NCBI GenBank assembly: GCA_050014195.1
Contig: JBEKDT010000002.1
Span: forward strand, 123,775-187,774
Direction: 5' to 3'
DNA length: 64,000 bases
DNA from: Desulfomonilia bacterium
Lineage (GTDB): Bacteria; Desulfobacterota; Desulfomonilia; UBA1062
Numbering within the stretch: the stretch's first letter is position 1; each line of letters opens with the position of its first letter. This document shows positions 20,106-28,402 of this stretch, piece after piece. The notes under the pieces were generated by a model. It saw nothing but the letters and a program-made list of their open reading frames with translations. It ran no database searches and was not told where the DNA came from. Both the position numbers and the translations under genes were made by a program.

Positions 20106-20439
20106 GTGTGACGGCCCTGCTCCGTAGATGCCTCAAGTAGCGCTGTGGCTTTGTAGATGATTTTTTGATCAGTGAAAGATATGTCTCATTGCTCTTTTTG
20201 ACTCTGGTTCGGGTACTATCTGTTATTCCGGGTTCCCTGGTGATGGCCTCGAAGGAGTCCATCAATTGCAAAACAAGCCCGTGCTCAGGCTCAATAGATT
20301 TCATCAGACGTTTATCGATTTTACTCAGAATCGGTTCGAGGAGGCCCCTTGAAAACGTCTCGGTAATCAACAGAGGGGTATCTGCCAAGAGCTCGTCGTT
20401 GGGGATGTTCGGGGAATTGTCAACCCACAAACATGTCAA
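20032..20439 (-). CDS. hypothetical ORF (TTG start only), doubtful
   Basis: 135 aa. The first codon is TTG and the first ATG is 45 codons in. No recognisable motif. It may be one disrupted gene together with 19797..20105. Confidence 0.3.
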   Translation of the reverse strand: MTCLWVDNSPNIPNDELLADTPLLITETFSRGLLEPILSKIDKRLMKSIEPEHGLVLQLMDSFEAITREPGITDSTRTRVKKSNETYLSLIKKSSTKPQRYLRHLRSRAVTHESWDDNQETVSAYALSVRTASVL

Positions 20440-20515
20440 TCGTTTACTTGTGAGATGCGCACATGCAAAAAGCCCTGATATGCCCTCTCCTGATGCGATA
20501 CGTCATAGGTCCTTT

Positions 20516-20989
20516 TCACAACATTAGCCCATCTTCATTCATCAGGCTAAGCCCCAGGTCTATAAGCATCGCTGAAGTTACGCCATAACCGCGCTGTAAA
20601 TTCCCTTCTATCCAGACTGTATGGGTCCCGCACGAAGGGCTCTTCTCTTTTAGTATAGCATACCTCGCCCTGAGAATACGAGCAACTTTACATACCTGTC
20701 TGGCACCAAAGAGAAAGGCATGTGTTACATCCTGGTCATGTATATCTCTGAGAAAAGCCCTGCCCCTGACAACCGCCGCCCCGTCTCCACCAACAAAATA
20801 TGCATTCGGGCGTGGTGTGGGTAAACCTCCAAGCTGTTCGGGACAGACAGGAATCATGATAATGTCTTGTATTTCCAGAATGGACCTGCGGGTCTTTGAT
20901 GATCCGTCATATCTGCACCGGATGCCCAAGAGACAGGCGCTCACGAGAACCGGGCTTTCTAGCCGGCCAAAGGGGGATTGGCGATGCAT
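20516..20989 (-). CDS. DUF523-family protein (TudS/YbbK-like, Cys-rich)
   Basis: 157 aa. SACLLGIRCRYDG, CPEQLGGLPTPRP and LKEKSPSCG motifs are characteristic of DUF523. Confidence 0.8.
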   Translation of the reverse strand: MHRQSPFGRLESPVLVSACLLGIRCRYDGSSKTRRSILEIQDIIMIPVCPEQLGGLPTPRPNAYFVGGDGAAVVRGRAFLRDIHDQDVTHAFLFGARQVCKVARILRARYAILKEKSPSCGTHTVWIEGNLQRGYGVTSAMLIDLGLSLMNEDGLML

Positions 20990-21612
20990 GCCCCTTCATC
21001 CTTATCAAGGCCTTTGATGAATACCTTTCTCCCGACAATGGTGAGCCTGTCTTGTGCAAAAAGCTCTATTGCCTTTGGGTAAATCTTGTGTTCGAGCCGC
21101 AAAATGCGCTCTTTCAGGATGTCTTCAGTGTCATCCGGGTACACCGGGACCACGGCCTGGATAATTATGGGCCCGGTATCAACACCCTTATCCACAAAAT
21201 GGACCGTGCATCCGGAAAACCTCACTCCATAGTCTATGGCCTTCTGGCGGACTCCCAACCCGGGAAAAGACGGCAGCAATGCAGGATGGATGTTCATGAC
21301 CCTGCCGGGAAACTGCCTGAGGAATCCTGGTGTAAGCACACGCATGAATCCCGCCAGTGCCACCAGGTCAATCTCGAAGCTCTTAAGGATCTTAATGAGC
21401 TCCTCATCAAAGCTCTCTCTATCAGGATATTGGGTGTGAGAAACTACCCGGGTCGGAATGCCTCTCTTCTGTGCACGATCCAGCGCGAATACACCGGGAA
21501 GATTACTGATGACGATTGATACTTGGCCATCTATTTCCGAGCGATCACAGGAGTCCATGATGGATTGAAGATTGCTTCCGCTACCCGAAACCAGAACGCC
21601 AATGTGAACCAC
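20959..21612 (-). CDS. purN: phosphoribosylglycinamide formyltransferase
   Basis: Track ORF runs to 21681, which would overlap purM by 59 nt. In-frame GTG 21612 lies 10 nt after the purM stop, is preceded by AGGGG, and gives VVHIGVLVSGSGSNLQSI. NIHPALLPSFPG and the folate-binding region are present. Confidence 0.85.
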   Translation of the reverse strand: MVHIGVLVSGSGSNLQSIMDSCDRSEIDGQVSIVISNLPGVFALDRAQKRGIPTRVVSHTQYPDRESFDEELIKILKSFEIDLVALAGFMRVLTPGFLRQFPGRVMNIHPALLPSFPGLGVRQKAIDYGVRFSGCTVHFVDKGVDTGPIIIQAVVPVYPDDTEDILKERILRLEHKIYPKAIELFAQDRLTIVGRKVFIKGLDKDEGACIANPPLAG

Positions 21613-21622
21613 TTGTGTACCC

Positions 21623-22660
21623 CTACGAGAGGATAACCGCCTCACCACCCTTAGGCCGGGACTCGATATAGCCGATGACATCAGCTGATTCTTTGAGCCC
21701 TTTCAACCTGAGCATCACATCATCCGCATCTTTGGGGGATACGACCAGCGCCATGCCGATGCCCATGTTGAAGGTCCGATACATCTCTGCACCTTCGATC
21801 TTGCCGACGTCCTGAATGAAGCGGAATATGGGAGGGACACCCCAGGAGCCCTTCTCTATCACTGCGGACGAACGGGCAGGAAGCACTCTGGGGATGTTGT
21901 CAATAAACCCGCCTCCTGTGATATGCACGATGCCCTTGATCTCAAATCCCCTCAGAACATTGAGCACACTCTTCACATAGATTCGTGTCGGGGTCAGGAG
22001 TTCTTCGGCTAATGTCTTTCCAACATCTTCCAGATAATCATCAATGCGCATCTTGGCGCGCTCGAAAAGGACCTTTCTTACGAGAGAAAACCCGTTGCTG
22101 TGCAGGCCCGAGGAGTGTATCCCGATGAGGACGTCCTTTGCAGAGATGCGAGATCCATCGATGATCTTGTCACTATCTACAACTCCAACACCGAAGCCTG
22201 CAACGTCATACTCATCCTCGCGGTAAAAACCAGGCATCTCGGCTGTCTCGCCGCCGATCAATGCACAGCCGGCTTCCTGGCATCCTCTGGTGATGCTCGA
22301 TATAATGACCTTGGCACGATCCAGATTGAGCTTGCCGGTGGCAAAATAATCGAGAAAAAACAGGGGTTGTGCCCCCACGACGATGAGGTCATTGACCACC
22401 ATGGCCACAAGATCAATGCCGATACCCTCATGGTTGTCGGCCATGAATGCTATTTTCAGCTTGGTCCCCACACCATCCGTTGAGGAGACAAGGACCGGTT
22501 CGCGATAATTCCCGATATCCAATTTAAAGAGGCCGGCAAATCCGCCTATACCGCCTATGACCTCAGGCCCATGGGTGGACTTCACGCTTGACTTGATAGC
22601 CCTGACAAGAGTGTTCTGTTTATCAATATCAACACCTGCATCACGATACGTCAAAGACAT
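21623..22660 (-). CDS. purM: phosphoribosylformylglycinamidine cyclo-ligase (AIR synthetase)
   Basis: The track start 22672 is TTG, so ATG 22660 is preferred (MSLTYRDAGVDIDK). Motifs DGVGTKL and GGETAEMPG. Confidence 0.92.
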   Translation of the reverse strand: MSLTYRDAGVDIDKQNTLVRAIKSSVKSTHGPEVIGGIGGFAGLFKLDIGNYREPVLVSSTDGVGTKLKIAFMADNHEGIGIDLVAMVVNDLIVVGAQPLFFLDYFATGKLNLDRAKVIISSITRGCQEAGCALIGGETAEMPGFYREDEYDVAGFGVGVVDSDKIIDGSRISAKDVLIGIHSSGLHSNGFSLVRKVLFERAKMRIDDYLEDVGKTLAEELLTPTRIYVKSVLNVLRGFEIKGIVHITGGGFIDNIPRVLPARSSAVIEKGSWGVPPIFRFIQDVGKIEGAEMYRTFNMGIGMALVVSPKDADDVMLRLKGLKESADVIGYIESRPKGGEAVILS

Positions 22661-22742
22661 GGATACCCCCAACTTCCTACCTACTATATGAGAATATTGA
22701 GCTAGTCAATCCGCCAATGAAGGTGATGTTTATCACTTTAAG

Positions 22743-22780
22743 AAAAAACAGGATGGCGGTTTGGGCATTGCCCGCCATCC
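22743..22780 (-). terminator. intrinsic terminator (minus strand) inside the purM upstream region
   Basis: The minus strand reads GGATGGCGG-GCAATGCCCAAA-CCGCCATCC followed by TGTTTTTTCTT. This is a 9 bp GC-rich stem with a U-tract. Confidence 0.7.
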
Positions 22781-22889
22781 CTAGAGGAGGTAGTTAGGAG
22801 TTATGTGGCTTTGAAGAGGGGTTCCAACTCTCTTCGGTTTCTAGTTTCCTTTAGTTGTTGTTATCGTAATCCCCTTATTCACCAGATGA
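22743..22889 (-). ncRNA. candidate sigma-54-dependent small RNA (about 147 nt), novel/unclassified
   Basis: It is bounded by a consensus sigma-54 promoter (22916-22900) and the intrinsic terminator (22780-22743). No ATG occurs in the interval. It has an internal hairpin GAAGAG..CTCTTC and an unpaired CCUCCUC stretch. The TSS position is inferred, not observed. Confidence 0.45.
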
Positions 22890-22899
22890 CTACCTAATC

Positions 22900-22916
22900 A
22901 GCAATGGTCGTGCCAA
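22900..22916 (-). promoter_or_regulatory. sigma-54 (-24/-12) promoter
   Basis: The minus strand reads TTGGCACGACCATTGCT, a full match to TGGCAC-N5-TTGC(A/T). It is the only such match I found in the intergenic regions I scanned by eye. Confidence 0.7.
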
Positions 22917-23013
22917 CATATCTCATGACCATCTATCAATCTGTATTTCCAGGTTGATTTTGATAATTAGCCAAATTCTAACCCACTCAAGTGCTCACCA
23001 TGAAACCTCAAGG

Positions 23014-23062
23014 TGTATATTTTATATACAATGGAGGTATACAGTTGTATAAAAGATATACA
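23014..23062. promoter_or_regulatory. cluster of TGTATA/TATACA inverted repeats (putative enhancer-binding-protein UAS)
   Basis: TGTATAT-TTT-ATATACA (23014-23030), TATACA-GT-TGTATA (23038-23051) and TGTATA-AAAGA-TATACA (23046-23062). They lie 100-150 bp upstream of the sigma-54 promoter. Confidence 0.5.
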
Positions 23063-23119
23063 CTACCCCTTCATGGCACCATCTCTCAAACAGGGAGATT
23101 GCTTGCCGGGAGCGATGGC

Positions 23120-24910
23120 ATGAGAGTTGAAAAGCATAATCCAGGTAATTTTATGGATAATAGCGTTGGTATGTATTCCAGGAAGGCCTGGATCAAGATA
23201 TCACCCTGGGTGATCATGGGCTCCCTCATCGTAATGGTACCTATCTTCATCTTTACAACTATGGAGAGTATCAGGACCCAGAGGAAGAACATGTATCACA
23301 TGCTCAGTGAGAAGGGCGATGCCCTCATGCGCTCATTTGAGGCAGGCACCAGGACGGGTATGATGGGCATAGGTTGGAGCGGGGCCCAGGTCCAGCGCCT
23401 CATCATGGAGACTTCGCAGGAGCCGGATATCCTCTATATCCTTATAACGGATAAGGATGGGAAGATCGTTGCCCACAACAAGGTTCAGAATATCGGGAAG
23501 ATGTATGGACTCGATATCGACCAGGCGCGGTTAGGTCCCATTATCAGGTGGAGGGTGCTCACCGATGATAAAGGCAGGCATGTATTCGAGGTATATCGGA
23601 GATTCCATCCTTCCCGAAGCGGGATGATAATCCTCAGGCGCAAAACACCCCTCCATGACTGGTTCTACCCCCATATGATCCCGAAGATTGAAAGGCCCCC
23701 CATACAGACCATCTATGTGGGGCTTAATATGGAACCCGTTGAGCAGATCATTAATGAAAACATAAAACAAAAGATCTTCCTGGCTGTGATCCTGTCGATG
23801 TATGGCCTGCTCGGGATCGTCTCCATCGTCATTGCACAGAACTACCGGTCCACCAAGGCATCGCTGTCGCGGATCAAGGCCTTTTCAGATACGTTGGTGG
23901 ACAATATGCCCATAGGGCTCATCTTCATCGGCGAGAAAGGCCGCATAGTGACGCTCAATGATGTTTCAGAGAGACTCCTCATGATCGCGGCTTCCGAGGT
24001 AAGGGGCAAGAAGGCAAAAGACGTGCTGCCCGAACAGATCGTAAGCCTCATCGAAGATATTCATGACCCACGTGATATAGCCGTGCGAAACCTCCGTGTT
24101 CCCCTGCAGGAAAAGATCATGGTCTATGAGGCGAGCGCGAGTTTTTTAACCGATGAAGACAATAATTTCCTTGGCCATATAGTACTCCTGCGGGATATCA
24201 CCGAGATAGAGCACCTGAAGAGGGAGATGGAGCGTAAAGAGAGGCTTGCGGCCATAGGGAGCCTTGCTGCCGGTGTGGCCCATGAAATCAGGAACCCTTT
24301 AAGCTCCATCAAGGGTTTTGCCACCTACTTCCAGGAGCGCTACCGTGATATCCCTGAAGACCAGAGGATTGCCGGGATCATGGTAGGAGAAGTCGAACGC
24401 CTCAACCGGGCGATCAGCCAGCTCCTGGATCTCTCCCGGCCCATGGATCTGAGAATAAAGACAACCTCGCTGGTTGAGCTTCTTAATCGCTCTGTGGAAA
24501 TGGTTGAAAAGCAGGCCTTAGAAAAAGGCATCACTATCGACCGTACGGGGCTTCCTCAGGATCCTTGCAATGCGGAAATAGACCCTGATAAGGTGGGCCA
24601 GGTACTGCTTAATCTTTTTCTGAATGCCTTTGAAGCCATGGAACAAGGCGGTACCCTTACGGTTTCTATCAGGTGTGATGACAAGCCAAACAGATTTATC
24701 ATCCGTATCTCAGACACCGGCAATGGAATCGCACATGAAGACCTGCCTCATATATTCGACCCGTACTTCACTACCAAGCAATCCGGGACCGGCCTAGGAC
24801 TTGCCATTGTCCACAAGATTATGGAGGCTCATGACGGCGACATCAAGGTGGAAAGTATACCGGGTACAGGGACGACGGTTTCCCTGAACATGCCTGCCGG
24901 AGGAGTTTGA
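23120..24910 (+). CDS. two-TM sensor histidine kinase (ZraS/AtoS-like: periplasmic domain, PAS, HisKA, HATPase)
   Basis: Track ORF starts at GTG 22991. ATG 23120 is preferred because GGGAG lies 7 nt upstream and the 22991-23119 segment carries the palindrome cluster. H-box AHEIRNPLSSIKGF, plus N, G1 (DTGNGI) and G2 (GTGLGL) boxes. Confidence 0.85.
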   Translation: MRVEKHNPGNFMDNSVGMYSRKAWIKISPWVIMGSLIVMVPIFIFTTMESIRTQRKNMYHMLSEKGDALMRSFEAGTRTGMMGIGWSGAQVQRLIMETSQEPDILYILITDKDGKIVAHNKVQNIGKMYGLDIDQARLGPIIRWRVLTDDKGRHVFEVYRRFHPSRSGMIILRRKTPLHDWFYPHMIPKIERPPIQTIYVGLNMEPVEQIINENIKQKIFLAVILSMYGLLGIVSIVIAQNYRSTKASLSRIKAFSDTLVDNMPIGLIFIGEKGRIVTLNDVSERLLMIAASEVRGKKAKDVLPEQIVSLIEDIHDPRDIAVRNLRVPLQEKIMVYEASASFLTDEDNNFLGHIVLLRDITEIEHLKREMERKERLAAIGSLAAGVAHEIRNPLSSIKGFATYFQERYRDIPEDQRIAGIMVGEVERLNRAISQLLDLSRPMDLRIKTTSLVELLNRSVEMVEKQALEKGITIDRTGLPQDPCNAEIDPDKVGQVLLNLFLNAFEAMEQGGTLTVSIRCDDKPNRFIIRISDTGNGIAHEDLPHIFDPYFTTKQSGTGLGLAIVHKIMEAHDGDIKVESIPGTGTTVSLNMPAGGV

Positions 24911-26274
24911 TGATGGCAATCACGAGTAACAGAAACATATTGGTAGTGGATGATGACTTCAGCCATCGCACTATGCTCAAGACCTTGCTATCGGGATGGG
25001 GCTATGAGGTGAGTGAGGCCGACGACGGCCAGGCAGCCGTCAATATGGTCCAGGAAAGACCTTATGACCTTATCCTTATGGACATAAGAATGGTCAAGGT
25101 GTCAGGTCTTAAGGCACTTGCAGTCGTCAAGGAGACCAACCCTGCTATCCCGGTGATCATTATGACTGCTTATTCATCGGTCGATACAGCCATCGATGCC
25201 ATGAAAAAAGGGGCCTATGAATATCTGACAAAACCTCTTGACTTTGAAGAGCTGCGTTTGAAGATGGAACAGGCCATGGAACACAGCATGCTCAAAGAGG
25301 AGAACCGCCTCCTGCGCGAGCTTGTGGGTGACCGCTTCGACACCGGGAGCATTATCGGCAGAAGCCCGGCCATGATCCGGCTTCTGGAAACCACTGCCAG
25401 GGCCGCTTCCTCGGATGCAACAGTTCTCATCACCGGTGAGTCGGGGACCGGCAAGGAGATGATTGCCGGCGCCATCCACTTCAATTCTCCCCGGAAAGAT
25501 CACCCTTTCATAAAGATGAACTGTGCCGCCATATCCGAAGGCCTGCTCGAATCCGAGCTGTTCGGCCATGAAAAGGGATCATTCACCGGAGCATTGCGCC
25601 GTAGAGAGGGCCGCTTCAAACAGGCCCACGGCGGCAGTCTCTTTTTGGATGAGGTCAGCGAGATGCCGCTGGCCATGCAGGTCAAACTCCTGCGTGTGCT
25701 TCAGGAAAGAGAGATCACCCGTGTCGGCGGCGAAGAGGTGATACCGGTGGACGTTAGGATCATTGCGGCGACCAACAAAGACCTCCCAACCCTTATAAAG
25801 ATTGCCAGATTCAGGGAAGACCTTTACTATCGGCTCAATGTCATCAACCTTTCCGTACCCCCGTTACGTGAGCGCGCCGAGGATATCCCCGTGCTGGCTG
25901 AACATTTTTTAAAGATGTTTGCCATCAAGAACAACAAACCCTTGAAAGGCTTCACACCACAAGCCATGGACCGGCTCATTAAACACCCGTGGCCGGGTAA
26001 TGTACGCGAAATGATGAATACTGTTGAGAGCGCTGTAGTCCTATCCAGTTCAACCTTTCTTACGGACGGAGACATCCCCATCTTCAGGGATGAGTCGTAC
26101 AATGCTCCCCAAGAAATAGGGGCTGCAAATGCCATCAGTCTTGATGAAATGGAGCGTCTCACCATCTTGAAAACCCTGGAGTCAGTCCAGGGCAACAAGA
26201 GCGAGGCTGCAAGAAAGCTAGGGATTACACGGGCCACGCTTCATAAGAAGCTGAAAAAGTACTCAGTACCCTGA
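24910..26274 (+). CDS. sigma-54-dependent response regulator (NtrC family: REC, AAA+, HTH)
   Basis: ATG overlaps the kinase stop (TGATG) and GGAGGAG lies upstream. REC (VVDDD...DIRM), Walker A GESGTGKE, the GAFTGA-type loop GSFTGA, and a C-terminal Fis-type HTH (NKSEAARKLGITRATLHKKL). Confidence 0.92.
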   Translation: MMAITSNRNILVVDDDFSHRTMLKTLLSGWGYEVSEADDGQAAVNMVQERPYDLILMDIRMVKVSGLKALAVVKETNPAIPVIIMTAYSSVDTAIDAMKKGAYEYLTKPLDFEELRLKMEQAMEHSMLKEENRLLRELVGDRFDTGSIIGRSPAMIRLLETTARAASSDATVLITGESGTGKEMIAGAIHFNSPRKDHPFIKMNCAAISEGLLESELFGHEKGSFTGALRRREGRFKQAHGGSLFLDEVSEMPLAMQVKLLRVLQEREITRVGGEEVIPVDVRIIAATNKDLPTLIKIARFREDLYYRLNVINLSVPPLRERAEDIPVLAEHFLKMFAIKNNKPLKGFTPQAMDRLIKHPWPGNVREMMNTVESAVVLSSSTFLTDGDIPIFRDESYNAPQEIGAANAISLDEMERLTILKTLESVQGNKSEAARKLGITRATLHKKLKKYSVP

Positions 26275-26283
26275 TCACTGAAG

Positions 26284-26316
26284 GGGGCGGGTTTGAAGAC
26301 CCGCCCCTGCTTTTAT
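26284..26316 (+). terminator. intrinsic terminator between convergent genes
   Basis: GGGGCGGGT-TTGAAG-ACCCGCCCC followed by TGCTTTTAT. Confidence 0.6.
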
Positions 26317-26335
26317 ATCCGTAAACGGCTCACCA

Positions 26336-27403
26336 TCATTCAACTGCGTACCCGGCAACCTTGTCTCCAACCTGCGTAGTAGTGAGGCCCATCTTTCCTG
26401 CAGACAGAGACTTGATGTCGTGCTGAAGGGTTTGGACGATACCCCGCTCGATACGTGCTGCTGCTGCATCCTCCCCGAGGGTCTCCAACATCATTTGGGC
26501 GGATGCGATGGCTGCCAGCGGATTAATGATGTTCATACCCGTGTATTTAGGTGCAGATCCGCCGATGGGTTCGAACATCGACACGCCCTGGGGATTGATA
26601 TTCCCGCCTGCAGCTATGCCCATACCGCCCTGGGTGATGGCACCCAGGTCGGTGATGATGTCGCCGAACATGTTCTCGGTCACCAGGACATCGAACCATT
26701 CAGGGTTTTTGACCATCCACATGCACGTAGCATCCACATGGTAATATTCACGTTTGATATCCGGATAATCTTTTTCACCAATCTCGTGGAAAGCCCGCTC
26801 CCATAGGTCAAACACATAGGTCAGTACATTGGTCTTGCCGACCAGGGCCAGGATCTTTCTCTTGTTCCTTTTTCTTGTGAATTCAAAGGCATAACGCAGG
26901 CACCGCTCCACCTGGAAACGCGTGTATATCATCTCTTGGACAGCCACTTCATGGGACGTGCCCTTCATAGTAATGCCGCCCGAGCCCGTGTAAACACCCC
27001 CCGAGTTCTCTCTGATCACTACATAGTCGATATGTTCAGTGCCCTTATCCTTAAGTGGTGTTTCCACATTGGGATAAAGCTTAACCGGCCTGAGATTGAT
27101 ATACTGGTCCAGCTCGAACCTGAGGCGCAGGAGGATGCCCTTCTCCAGGACGCCCGGCTTTACATCCGGATGTCCGATGGCCCCCAGGTACATGGCATGG
27201 TGTTTTTTCATCTCATCCGTGGCCGTATCGGGCAGGATCTCGCCGGTACGCAGGTATCTATCACCACCAAAGTCATAGGTAGTAAAATCAATCTTAATGC
27301 CTTCAACAGCAGCAACTGCCTTGAGAACCTTGATACCTTCGGCAACCACCTCGGGACCTGTCCCGTCGCCGGGAAGAACCGCGATGCTGTATGAATGTGC
27401 CAT
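26336..27403 (-). CDS. isocitrate/isopropylmalate dehydrogenase-family enzyme, tartrate/D-malate dehydrogenase-like
   Basis: ATG 27403 is preferred (AGGGG upstream), giving MAHSYSIAVLPGDGTGPEV. Motifs IRENSGGVYTG and MFGDIITDLGA. The N-terminal region (FTTYDFGGDRYLRTGEILPD) looks more like TtuC than classical LeuB. Confidence 0.75.
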   Translation of the reverse strand: MAHSYSIAVLPGDGTGPEVVAEGIKVLKAVAAVEGIKIDFTTYDFGGDRYLRTGEILPDTATDEMKKHHAMYLGAIGHPDVKPGVLEKGILLRLRFELDQYINLRPVKLYPNVETPLKDKGTEHIDYVVIRENSGGVYTGSGGITMKGTSHEVAVQEMIYTRFQVERCLRYAFEFTRKRNKRKILALVGKTNVLTYVFDLWERAFHEIGEKDYPDIKREYYHVDATCMWMVKNPEWFDVLVTENMFGDIITDLGAITQGGMGIAAGGNINPQGVSMFEPIGGSAPKYTGMNIINPLAAIASAQMMLETLGEDAAAARIERGIVQTLQHDIKSLSAGKMGLTTTQVGDKVAGYAVE

Positions 27404-27525
27404 ATTGATACCCCTGTTCACTGATATACTTTTCAGAGTGCCCGTATATTTGCGCAATTCCTGGCTCGATATACTAAATCGGATGATGAAGTCAAGGGCA
27501 ATGGAGAATCCCTTTTTCAGCTTTT

Positions 27526-28221
27526 TTAGAGATAATCTGATGAGTGCTGGTCAAGGTAGCCTCTGATGTAGCTCTCTACGCGTGCTTTTGGCTTGTATAT
27601 CCCGAAGTGACCCTCGCAGAGGATGTCGGCGCCTAGATCCAGGAGCTTGTGCATGGATGACCGCCATTGGCTGATGTCGGACTTGAACTCTTTTGTGAAG
27701 GGTCCGTGTATGTCCTGGCCGAAGAGGATGCGCACCCCCTGACAGTCCATATAGATGGAGATGGAACCTGGGGTATGGCCGGGTGTATGGATGCAATGGA
27801 GTTCGTCAGCGCCGCAGGTGATGATCTCATGTTCCTGCTTCAACCGTCTGTCTACCGCTGTCGTGGGGAGCTTGGTGTTGTACCAGCGCGCAGCCGTGAG
27901 ACCGGGGTCTCCGGATTCGATGGCATCCGCATCAAGATCATGGGCAACAACACTTAACCGGAATGTTTCTCTGAAGAATGTTGTTGATCCGATATGGTCT
28001 ACATGACAGTGGGTCAACACCAGTGTAGTGATCCTGGCCGGATCAAGTCCCGTCTCCTTGATATTATCGATTATTGCCTTGGGTTCCCTGCCTGCGCCGC
28101 AATCTATCATAACAAGGTCCGCCCCGCATGTTATGATATATACTGCAGCATCATACGGATCTGAAAGATCCGAACCTCCGACCTGGTATATCCCCTCTGC
28201 TACGGTCACATATTCACCCAT
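27526..28221 (-). CDS. MBL-fold metallo-hydrolase
   Basis: 231 aa. THCHVDHIG zinc-binding motif and a downstream HTPGHTPGS. Confidence 0.85.
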   Translation of the reverse strand: MGEYVTVAEGIYQVGGSDLSDPYDAAVYIITCGADLVMIDCGAGREPKAIIDNIKETGLDPARITTLVLTHCHVDHIGSTTFFRETFRLSVVAHDLDADAIESGDPGLTAARWYNTKLPTTAVDRRLKQEHEIITCGADELHCIHTPGHTPGSISIYMDCQGVRILFGQDIHGPFTKEFKSDISQWRSSMHKLLDLGADILCEGHFGIYKPKARVESYIRGYLDQHSSDYL

Positions 28222-28402
28222 AATACCCTCCCAAAAAGACAGGCGATACCGCTATATTGTATGTGCTTATTACCCTGTGTGGATAACAAATACTTGTCTC
28301 AACCATCCAAGGGTCTTTGAACCGGGAGCATACCCGAAAGTCAGCTGCAAGGGCAATGTGGTAAATGATATGTCTATCTCTTATTTTAAATGCACGCAGA
28401 AA

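Noticed and set aside
22661-22990. Purine, ZTP (pfl) or PRPP riboswitch upstream of purM
   Set aside because: I could not find the conserved cores by eye: no UAUAAU...CCGACUAUG-type purine junction, and no GGGUCGUGAC...CCGCCUGGGC of ZTP. The sigma-54 promoter plus terminator reading fits better. A cmscan is still needed to be sure.
22991-23119. GTG 22991 / ATG 23000 as the start of the sensor kinase
   Set aside because: The segment is dominated by TGTATA/TATACA palindromes and would add about 45 non-membrane residues before the first TM helix. ATG 23120 has a GGGAG RBS. This is not proven, and later starts (23153, 23171) are also possible.
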